Assembly (NCBI GenBank): GCA_964465775.1
Contig: CAYXLQ010000020.1
Span: 1 to 15,149 of the forward strand
From: an uncultured Clostridiaceae bacterium
Lineage (GTDB): Bacteria; Bacillota; Clostridia; TANB77; CAG-465
Length of the DNA: 15,149 nucleotides
Reading direction: 5' to 3'
A model generated the notes under the pieces. That model saw only the letters and a list, made by a program, of their open reading frames with translations, was not told the origin of the DNA and made no database searches. Shown here in pieces: positions 8,409-15,149 of this stretch. The translations under genes and the position numbers were made by a program. Numbering within the stretch: the stretch's first letter is position 1; every line of letters starts with the position of its first letter.

Positions 8409-8775
8409 ATGGATATTTTAATGATTTATTTAAGAGTTTTCTTTACAGGTGGTTTGATTTGTCTATTAGGACAAATATTAATTGACAAAACCAAACTTAC
8501 TCCTGCTAGAATATTGGTTGTATTTGTAGTTACTGGCGCTATCTTAACAAGTCTTGGCATTTACCAACATATTATAGACTTCCGGTAAAGCTGGAGCTTC
8601 TGTTCCCATTTCAGGATTCGGATATGCTTTAGCTAAAGGAGTTATGTCCGAAGTAGACAAGCATGGCTTTTTAGGAATATTCACAGGTGGCATTGTTGCA
8701 ACAGCAGCTGGCGTATCAGCTGCGATATTCTTCGGATACTTTGCAGCATTATTTTCAAAACCTCATATGAAATAA
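8409..8775 (+). CDS. spoVAE: Stage V sporulation protein AE (SpoVAEB-type), encoded in two frames with an apparent +1 shift at the CGG codon 8583-8585
   Basis: Frame A: MDILMIYLRVFFTGGLICLLGQILIDKTKLTPARILVVFVVTGAILTSLGIYQHIIDF-CGG-TAA. Skipping C8583 gives GKAGASVPISGFGYALAKGVMSEVDKHGFLGIFTGGIVATAAGVSAAIFFGYFAALFSKPHMK*. Correct operon position (C-D-E) and expected full length of about 121 aa. Absent from the supplied ORF track. Confidence 0.9.
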
Positions 8776-8861
8776 TGTATTATTTTGTTTATCTATTTTT
8801 GAATATCTTTAATCAATACCGGACATAATAATTATGTGATAAATATATAAGGAGGGTTATT

Positions 8862-9044
8862 ATGGATTCATTAAATCAAATTGAAATTCAAAACATAAGA
8901 CACGTTGTTTCTGGTTTAACTGGGGCATGTAGTAAAATCACTTACTACAAAACACTAACTAGTGATGAAAATCTTACAGAATTATATGACAGAATATGTA
9001 CACAATCAGATGCTCTGAAACAAGAGCTAACAAATATATTATAG
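8862..9044 (+). CDS. Small protein, possibly coat-associated, in the spoVA transcription unit
   Basis: Strong SD AAGGAGGG at 8849-8856, 60 aa helical protein, tightly coupled to the next gene. Confidence 0.7.
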   Translation: MDSLNQIEIQNIRHVVSGLTGACSKITYYKTLTSDENLTELYDRICTQSDALKQELTNIL

Positions 9045-9055
9045 GAGGTATAAAA

Positions 9056-9301
9056 ATGGATGAAAAAACAGCCGTATCAGATACACTCGCAAGTGTAAAT
9101 TCGATATTAAATAAATTAAATTATTCAATTGAACAAGCAAATGATAAAATGTTTCGTGAAACATGTCAAAACTATAGGGATATTTTCGAAGCGGTACAGT
9201 GGGATGTTTATGAATATGCTAAGCAAAAACAATACTATGTTCCTGCAGCACCTGCTGGGCAAGCAGATATAGAACAAGTAAAACAAAGTATTCAAGGATA
9301 A
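9056..9301 (+). CDS. Small spore-coat-type protein (CotF-like resemblance)
   Basis: SD AGGAGG at 9043-9048 and ATG 9056. MDEKTAVSDTLASVNSILNKLNYSIEQANDKMFRETCQNYRDIFEAVQWDVYEYAKQKQYYVPAAPAG resembles CotF-family C-terminal sequences. Confidence 0.65.
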   Translation: MDEKTAVSDTLASVNSILNKLNYSIEQANDKMFRETCQNYRDIFEAVQWDVYEYAKQKQYYVPAAPAGQADIEQVKQSIQG

Positions 9302-9305
9302 ATAT

Positions 9306-9329
9306 AAAACAGAGCTATTGCTCTGTTTT
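9306..9329. terminator. Bidirectional Rho-independent terminator between convergent genes
   Basis: AAAACAGAG (9306-9314) - CTATTG - CTCTGTTTT (9321-9329), perfect 9-bp stem. Confidence 0.8.
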
Positions 9330-9339
9330 ATTTATATAT

Positions 9340-11040
9340 TTATTCTTCTTTATTAGATTCTAAGAATCTCTTTATTTTTAGTGTTGTAGTCTTCTCAAAA
9401 TCCTTTAATTTTATTTTCAAGTTTTTCACAGCTTTATATGAGACCATTTTATCATTTATTGATTTTATGCCTTCCCATATCTTCTCTTTTATTGTAGAAT
9501 AGTCTGGTTTTTCATTATTATAAAATTCCTGGATCTCTTCTTCATTTAATGTTACTATTGCTGAAACTGACATATCTGATCCAGAGCCTTCCCCATAAAC
9601 CATAGACTCTTTTACTAATTTGAGTTTATTTATTTCAAATTCTATCTCTTCAGGATAAATATTCTTTCCATTATTAGTCACTATAACATTTTTAGATCTT
9701 CCAGTAATATGTAAATGTCCTTCATCGTCAAAGAAACCTACATCTCCTGTATAAAACCAACCATCTTTAATTACTTCTTTAGTTGCTTCTTCATCTTCAT
9801 AATATCCGAGCATAACGTTTGCACCTCTTACAAGTATTTCGCCCTCTTTTGTGCCTTCTTTTGTGTTAATTTTAATTTCACAGTTCGCTGCTTGCCCAAC
9901 AGTACCAGCTTTTCTTGTTTCTTCTCTTGTTGCTGATACTAAAGGTGCAGTTTCTGTTAAACCATATCCTTGTAAAACAGTATATCCATATCCTTCTATT
10001 TGTTCAATTATAGTTTTTTCAATCGGAGCTGCAGCTACTAATATATATTTTAAGTTTCCTCCTAAGGATTCATGAATTTTCGCAAAGACTTTTCTTTTTA
10101 ATTTAGCTCCCAACTTTCCTAACTTATTTGTTATTTTAACTAGTGTTCCAACTAGTTTTTCTTTTTTTGTTTCTTCAAGTGTTTTATTTATCTTCTTGCA
10201 AACATGTTCTACTAGTAACGGAACACAAACAAGTACTGTTGGTTTAGAATCCTTAATATCTTTACTTATGTATTTTAAGCCTTCACATATTACTACCGAT
10301 GATCCATTAGCAAGAGCATACATTCCTGTAACTATTGATTCATATATATGATGCATTGGAAGAACAGAGAAAAATCTATCTTCTATTCCTACTCTTAAAA
10401 TATCCGTTGCTCCATCAAGATTTGAAATTATATTATTATGTGATAACATTACTCCTTTTGAACTTGAAGTAGTACCAGATGTAAACATTAACACTTTAAA
10501 ACTATCAGGGTCTATTTCTTTATTATCATACCATTTGTCTCCATCATTTAAAAGTTTGTTCCCTTCTAGCACAAGTTCATTTAATGACAAACTATTATCA
10601 TCTGATTTTTCTTGGTTCATATTTATATATATAATCTCATCGCTTAAATTATATTTAATACTATTTATAACTTCTTTTTTTTCATCTGAATATATAATAC
10701 ATTTAGCTTTTGACCTTTTTAATAAATTTTCTATTTCATTTTGAGGCAGCTCTTTATCAAGAGGTACTATAATTCCAACTCCTGTTAAAACAGCTAAATA
10801 CGACATATACCACTTATAACTATTTTTCCCAATTACTGCTATTCTTTCATCTTCTAAATTATATTTTTTAGCAAGAACAGTAGCAAGTGATTTAACATCT
10901 TTCCTTAGTTTATTAAAAGATATTTCTTCAAACTTTTTGTTTTTTTTGTTTTTTTCAAGATATGCTACCTTATCCCCATATTCTAGGAATTTTTTTTGAA
11001 CAACATCCTTTAACGAGTACAATTCTCCTCTTTTTAACAT
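9340..11040 (-). CDS. AMP-dependent synthetase / long-chain acyl-CoA ligase family
   Basis: VLMFTSGTTSSSKGVMLSHNNI, LPMHHIYE, GYGLTETAPLVSA, GEILVRGANVMLGYYEDEEAT, GWFYTGDVGFFDDEGHLHITGRSKNVIVTNNGKNIYPEE. ATG 11040 is favoured over 11052 because GGAGG sits inside the longer start. Confidence 0.95.
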   Translation of the reverse strand: MLKRGELYSLKDVVQKKFLEYGDKVAYLEKNKKNKKFEEISFNKLRKDVKSLATVLAKKYNLEDERIAVIGKNSYKWYMSYLAVLTGVGIIVPLDKELPQNEIENLLKRSKAKCIIYSDEKKEVINSIKYNLSDEIIYINMNQEKSDDNSLSLNELVLEGNKLLNDGDKWYDNKEIDPDSFKVLMFTSGTTSSSKGVMLSHNNIISNLDGATDILRVGIEDRFFSVLPMHHIYESIVTGMYALANGSSVVICEGLKYISKDIKDSKPTVLVCVPLLVEHVCKKINKTLEETKKEKLVGTLVKITNKLGKLGAKLKRKVFAKIHESLGGNLKYILVAAAPIEKTIIEQIEGYGYTVLQGYGLTETAPLVSATREETRKAGTVGQAANCEIKINTKEGTKEGEILVRGANVMLGYYEDEEATKEVIKDGWFYTGDVGFFDDEGHLHITGRSKNVIVTNNGKNIYPEEIEFEINKLKLVKESMVYGEGSGSDMSVSAIVTLNEEEIQEFYNNEKPDYSTIKEKIWEGIKSINDKMVSYKAVKNLKIKLKDFEKTTTLKIKRFLESNKEE

Positions 11041-11070
11041 TTTAACCTCCATAATTATTACCTTATAACA

Positions 11071-11099
11071 ATTATACTTTTATTTTTAAAAGAAGTCAA
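11071..11099 (-). promoter_or_regulatory. SigA-type promoter of the acyl-CoA ligase gene
   Basis: Minus strand TTGACT - 17 nt - TATAAT. Confidence 0.75.
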
Positions 11100-11251
11100 C
11101 CAGAAAATGTAAATATTCTATTTATTATTAATATTAAATCTATCATTTGAATTTTATTCCATTACATCCAGGTTTTTATATGTATTCTTAGTTTTTGGAC
11201 ATTCTAACATTTTTTTCTGAGGCTTTTCTTCTACTTACATAAAATTCTTAA

Positions 11252-11665
11252 TCAGTACTTACTAATCCAATCTTCACCATTAGTATTTTTTCCTTTTTGT
11301 CCCTTTTCCTTTATAGGATTTAAATTATTCATTTCAACAAATCTATCAATCTCACAATTTTCTGCAACAGGATTATATTCATAATTAATTATATCTTCTC
11401 CTCTATTGCTACTCTTTATAGATGTTGAAAAGTCTATTTTTCTACCTGTCATTTCTTCATATTTATTAATTACAAATTCCCTCGCATTCATGTCATTGTA
11501 GGCACCTACTAAAGCGTTATATTCCCTATCATTTATTATTCTATCACTTTTTAATTTTTGTAAAGCATTTATATAATTTATTTGACCTTGTGAGAAGCTT
11601 TTTAAAATTCTAACTATTGAAATTATTATGAACATTGTAACTATTGGAAATATTAATACTACCAT
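11252..11665 (-). CDS. Single-TM protein of unknown function with a SHOCT-like helical segment
   Basis: N-terminal TM MVVLIFPIVTMFIIISIVRIL followed by INALQKLKSDRIINDREYNALVGAYND. Co-directional and close to the prepilin peptidase. SD-like GGGGGTGA. Confidence 0.65.
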   Translation of the reverse strand: MVVLIFPIVTMFIIISIVRILKSFSQGQINYINALQKLKSDRIINDREYNALVGAYNDMNAREFVINKYEEMTGRKIDFSTSIKSSNRGEDIINYEYNPVAENCEIDRFVEMNNLNPIKEKGQKGKNTNGEDWISKY

Positions 11666-11686
11666 AAGTTCACCCCCTATTATTTG

Positions 11687-12430
11687 TTAATTATTTGTTA
11701 GTTTAAATATAATATCTGTTATTCCAGTTCCGAGCCACATACAAAAATTGTAATACATTGATATAAATACTTGTTCCCCGAAAAACATTATAAGAACAAC
11801 TGCTATTACTATAAACGGTCCAAATGGAATATAACTATCAACTGTCTTTTTCTTTAAAGCTATAAGAATTATACTAATTACTGCTGCAATAGCAAAAGAT
11901 AGTATAGTTATTACTAATATTGTTTTTAGCCCAAATAAAAAACCTAATGATGCCATTAGTTTTACATCACCAAAACCCATTCCCTCTTTTTTATATATTA
12001 AAAGCGCCAACAATCCTAAAACATAAAAGGAACCTCCACCAATTATAGCTCCAAGAAGATAAGAATTCCAATTTGACAAGTTAAATAACAGATTGACTGC
12101 TCCTATAACTGCTATAATTATATGACATTCATCAGGTATTAAGGTAAATCTATAATCAATTGAAAATACTATTGCTAGGCTGAATATACAAATCATGTAA
12201 AGATAACTTTGATAACCTACTCCAAGAACAAAATTCAAACCATAGAAAAGGATTAAATATATTATTGTATATTTTATATCAAGTTTAAAATCCGTTTTAA
12301 GTGATTCCATATATTCTTTGAATGATATTTCCTCCGATACCCAAGGCGGCATTTTTCTACACAAATGTTTTGTAGCTTGGCCTAAAATAATTGCTAGAAC
12401 TGCAGTTATTATATATGCTATATATTCCAT
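11687..12430 (-). CDS. A24 family prepilin peptidase
   Basis: IDYRFTLIPDECHI and KEGMGFGDVKLMASLGFLFGLK (GxGDVK motif) in a multi-TM protein. Confidence 0.9.
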   Translation of the reverse strand: MEYIAYIITAVLAIILGQATKHLCRKMPPWVSEEISFKEYMESLKTDFKLDIKYTIIYLILFYGLNFVLGVGYQSYLYMICIFSLAIVFSIDYRFTLIPDECHIIIAVIGAVNLLFNLSNWNSYLLGAIIGGGSFYVLGLLALLIYKKEGMGFGDVKLMASLGFLFGLKTILVITILSFAIAAVISIILIALKKKTVDSYIPFGPFIVIAVVLIMFFGEQVFISMYYNFCMWLGTGITDIIFKLTNN

Positions 12431-12433
12431 ATA

Positions 12434-12961
12434 TTATTTCTTCCCCTTTTTCATTTTAATATCTGCCTTATATTGTTTATGATCCTTTAGTATTATGTTT
12501 TCAATAGGTCTTTTAATTTTCACCCAAAACTCTTCATTTTTATCAAAAGGTCTAACTAATATTGAAATTATTCCAAATATATTCGCACCCCATATATCTG
12601 TAAAAACCTGATCACCAATCATACAAACTTGATCTTTTGGCAAATCTAATAAGTCTAGCGCAAAACCATACCCTCTTTGTAAAGGTTTCATTGCGAAATT
12701 AAGTCCATTTATATCTAACTCTTTCATAAACCCACGTATTTTTTTTTGCCTATGACTATTACTTAAAATACACATGCGTATATTCCTGGCTTTTGCTTCC
12801 CTTATCCAATCAGCTTTTTCTTTACTAATAATCCCCTTATAATCAGTAAGAGTATTGTCTAAATCGAAAATTAAACCTTTAATTTTATTCTTTTCTAAAA
12901 TCTCAAAAGGTATTTTATCAACACTCTCATATATATATGTAGGCCTTAATATTTTTGCCAT
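12434..12961 (-). CDS. YqeG-family HAD-IIIA phosphatase
   Basis: KIKGLIFDLDNTLTDY, CILSNSHRQKKIRGFMKEL, KPLQRGYGFAL, VCMIGDQVFTDIWGANIFGIISILVRPF. The start is reassigned to ATG 12961 (SD AGGGGGG). The longer ORF start lies upstream of a promoter-like element. Confidence 0.88.
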   Translation of the reverse strand: MAKILRPTYIYESVDKIPFEILEKNKIKGLIFDLDNTLTDYKGIISKEKADWIREAKARNIRMCILSNSHRQKKIRGFMKELDINGLNFAMKPLQRGYGFALDLLDLPKDQVCMIGDQVFTDIWGANIFGIISILVRPFDKNEEFWVKIKRPIENIILKDHKQYKADIKMKKGKK

Positions 12962-12989
12962 GTTTTCCCCCCTACTTTTATCTAATGAT

Positions 12990-13018
12990 ATCGTACCATT
13001 TTTCATAATCATTTGCAA
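12990..13018 (-). promoter_or_regulatory. Putative promoter of the yqeG-prepilin peptidase unit
   Basis: Minus strand TTGCAA - 17 nt - TACGAT, about 30 nt upstream of ATG 12961. Confidence 0.5.
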
Positions 13019-13087
13019 TCTCATTGCTATTATTTTCTTCTTTTTAATCACATCCTTTAAATGTTACTTTTATTTTATTTATAAATG

Positions 13088-13096
13088 TGCTATACT
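13088..13096 (+). promoter_or_regulatory. Extended -10 element for tyrS
   Basis: TGCTATACT about 42 nt upstream of ATG 13138. No good -35 seen. Confidence 0.45.
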
Positions 13097-13137
13097 TTAT
13101 AATAACATTGAAAAAATTGATAAAGGAAGTGAAAAAA

Positions 13138-14373
13138 ATGAATACAGTATACGAGGAGTTAAAATCTAGAGATTTAATCAAACAACTCCCTTTCGAAGAT
13201 GAATTTAAAGAATTAGTTAAAAACGAGAAGATTTCAGTATATTTAGGTATTGATCCTACAGCAGATAGTATACATATAGGACACTTTATACCACTTATGC
13301 TTATGTCATATTTCCAAAAGCATGGCCATAAACCCATTATTCTTATGGGTGGGGGAACTGCTATGATTGGTGACCCTTCAAACAAGACAGATATGCGTAA
13401 AATGCTTTCATTAGAAGATATTGAAAATAATGTTAAAAATATCAAAGAACAAGTAAGCCGTTTTGTTTCTTTTGAAGGAGATAATGGTGCTGTAATAGTA
13501 AATAATGCTGATTGGATTTTAGACCTTAATTATATGGATTTTATTCGTAATTACGGTATACATTTTAATGTTAATAGAATGCTTGATGCTGACTGTTTTA
13601 AAATGCGTATGGAAAAAGGTGGTCTTACCTTCTTTGAAATGAATTATATGCTTATGCAAAGCTATGATTTCCTTCACTTATTTGAAAACTATAATTGCAA
13701 ATTACAGATAGGAGGAGATGATCAGTGGTCAAATATGCTAGCTGGAGTAGATCTGATTCGTAAACTCCATAAAAGTGGAAGTTTTTGTTTAACATGTCCA
13801 TTATTACTTACTTCAAATGGAGTTAAAATGGGTAAAACAGAAAAAGGTGCTTTATGGCTTGATCCTAAAAAAACTTCTCCATATGAGTTTTATCAATATT
13901 GGAGAAATATTGGAGATTCTGAAGTTAATAGTGTTTTAAGAATGTTGACTCATTTAGAAATGGATGAAGTAAATAGGTTATCTAGTTTAAAAGATGAAAA
14001 AACAAATGAAGCTAAAAAAATTGCAGCTTATGAAATTACGAAACTAATACACGGAGAAGAAGAAGCTATAAAGGCAAAAAAAACTTCTGAGGATTTGTTT
14101 GAAAAAAAATCTAACAATGAAGATATGCCAATAGTAACTCTATCAAAAGAATTACTTGTAAATGATCAAATATCAGTTTTAAATATTCTAACTGCTATCA
14201 ACGTTGCTCCTTCTAAAGGCCAAGCTAGAATCTTAGTATCACAAGGAGGAATTTCAATTGATGCTGCAAAAATCATTGATGAAAAAGCAATTATACACAC
14301 ATCTGATTTTGAAAAAGGTTATATAGTATTAAGAAAAGGAAAAAAGGTATTCTTAAAAATTATAATCGAATAA
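13138..14373 (+). CDS. tyrS: Tyrosyl-tRNA synthetase
   Basis: VYLGIDPTADSIHIGHFIPLMLM, GGGTAMIGDPSNKTDMRK, NADWILDLNYMDFIRNYGIHFNVNRML, QIGGDDQWSNMLAGVDLIRK, LLTSNGVKMGKTEKGALWL, plus a C-terminal S4-like domain. ATG 13138 after GGAAGTG. Confidence 0.97.
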   Translation: MNTVYEELKSRDLIKQLPFEDEFKELVKNEKISVYLGIDPTADSIHIGHFIPLMLMSYFQKHGHKPIILMGGGTAMIGDPSNKTDMRKMLSLEDIENNVKNIKEQVSRFVSFEGDNGAVIVNNADWILDLNYMDFIRNYGIHFNVNRMLDADCFKMRMEKGGLTFFEMNYMLMQSYDFLHLFENYNCKLQIGGDDQWSNMLAGVDLIRKLHKSGSFCLTCPLLLTSNGVKMGKTEKGALWLDPKKTSPYEFYQYWRNIGDSEVNSVLRMLTHLEMDEVNRLSSLKDEKTNEAKKIAAYEITKLIHGEEEAIKAKKTSEDLFEKKSNNEDMPIVTLSKELLVNDQISVLNILTAINVAPSKGQARILVSQGGISIDAAKIIDEKAIIHTSDFEKGYIVLRKGKKVFLKIIIE

Positions 14374-14412
14374 ATAATGTTAGAGTCAGTATATTATTAA
14401 TACTGTATAATA

Positions 14413-14457
14413 AATGTTGGGGTGAGAAATAAAATTCTCATCTCAACATTCTTTTTT
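14413..14457 (+). terminator. Rho-independent terminator of tyrS
   Basis: AATGTTGGGGTGAGAA / TTCTCATCTCAACATT, 16-bp stem with two G-U pairs, followed by CTTTTTT. Confidence 0.85.
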
Positions 14458-14712
14458 ACATAAAAAATTGCAATTAAATCATTAATACCCTAACATAATA
14501 TTACTAGAATATTTGCTTTACAAGAGGGGATTAGATAAGGTTAGATAGCAAGTACAAAAAAACTTGATAAGAATACGAGAATACATTTCAAACATAGCAA
14601 ATATATTCTCCATAAAAGAAATACATATCTTCAGCTCGCGTTATCCTGTTTAAAAAGAATTTGATTAGTACTATTTTAGATATATTGGTAATTCATAATT
14701 AAAAATGTCTTT

Positions 14713-14750
14713 AAAAAAGTGAGGTGTAAGTAATTTTCATTACTCACACC
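14713..14750 (-). terminator. Terminator downstream of the 14778..15149 gene
   Basis: GGTGTAAGTAAT (14723-14734) / ATTACTCACACC (14739-14750) with one mismatch. AAAAAAG at 14714-14720 on plus gives a T-run on minus. Confidence 0.65.
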
Positions 14751-14777
14751 CCCAACATTTCACATTGATTCCAGTTT

Positions 14778-15149
14778 TTACATCAGACAATCATATAAAA
14801 CATCACCAAGATTAGTTATCCCGTCCTTTGTTATTTCATACTCAACTTCTTTTAAAGCTTCTTCAAGGTTTTCTCTGAACTTTTTAGTTATTCTGTCATC
14901 AGTGAGCTCTTTGACATCGTAGTAAATATTTTTAGATATATACTTTCCTTCTTCTGTCTTAAGTGTAAGTATAAGTTTTGCTGGCTCTCCACCAACTACA
15001 AACGAGCCATTGCCTCCTGCGTACGCTCTTTTAGGCCGTCTATTGCCTTTAACACCTTGAACAATACGAGCTCCTTCTCCAGGAATCCAGTCAAGTTCAG
15101 AAAAATGTGCCTTTACTTTATCTTTCTTAGTTTCATTAGATTTTTTCAT
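14778..15149 (-). CDS. Hypothetical protein of unknown family; ORF reaches the window edge
   Basis: 123-aa open frame followed by a terminator hairpin. No family recognised. The start may lie at or beyond the edge. Contains an in-frame CGG (15036-15038). Confidence 0.6.
   Translation of the reverse strand: MKKSNETKKDKVKAHFSELDWIPGEGARIVQGVKGNRRPKRAYAGGNGSFVVGGEPAKLILTLKTEEGKYISKNIYYDVKELTDDRITKKFRENLEEALKEVEYEITKDGITNLGDVLYDCLM

Noticed and set aside
9715-10744. Plus-strand ORFs of 69-74 aa inside the acyl-CoA ligase region
   Set aside because: Antisense shadows of a well-supported gene.
11100-11220. Weak inverted similarity CAGAAAATGT ... ACATTTTTTTCTG
   Set aside because: Short, imperfect and AT-rich with wide spacing; expected by chance.
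13044-13445. Minus-strand ORF of 133 aa overlapping the tyrS start
   Set aside because: Antisense to the conserved TyrRS N-terminus and typical mirror-frame composition.
14451-14712. Possible gene remnant or ncRNA in the intergenic region after tyrS
   Set aside because: Short open stretches (for example KKLDKNTRIHFKHSKYILHKRNTYLQLALSCLKR) match no family I recognise, and no clear structure or start signals were seen.
1-15149. CRISPR arrays, rRNA/tRNA genes, IS elements, riboswitch or T-box leader before tyrS
   Set aside because: No regularly spaced repeats, tRNA-like folds, transposase motifs or T-box sequence were seen; the tyrS leader is only about 35-40 nt.

Overview
AT-rich (Firmicutes/Clostridia-like) chromosomal window from an endospore-former. 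Recognisable content, left to right: a VirB2/TrbC-like pilin (-); an M23 peptidase (+) broken by an apparent +1 frameshift; two tandem paralogous two-OB-fold SSB-like genes (-), each with a near-identical terminator; an operon divIVA-like, spoIIP, pgi, traX-like (-); spoVAC-spoVAD-spoVAE plus two small probable coat-type proteins (+); an AMP-binding acyl-CoA ligase (-); yqeG-like HAD phosphatase, A24 prepilin peptidase and a small membrane protein (-); tyrS (+); and an unknown ORF running to the window edge (-). The most notable observation is that two unrelated genes (M23 peptidase and spoVAE, the latter absent from the ORF track) each need a single +1 shift to restore a conserved protein. 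In both, the shift falls exactly on an in-frame CGG codon (CGG A and CGG T), where skipping the C gives the expected Gly codon. My by-eye scan found no in-frame CGG in any other confidently identified gene (roughly 3,900 codons). The only other one is in the unknown edge ORF at 15036-15038. This suggests that CGG is unassigned or starved in this organism and acts as a +1 frameshift codon. Sequencing error or pseudogenisation has not been excluded.
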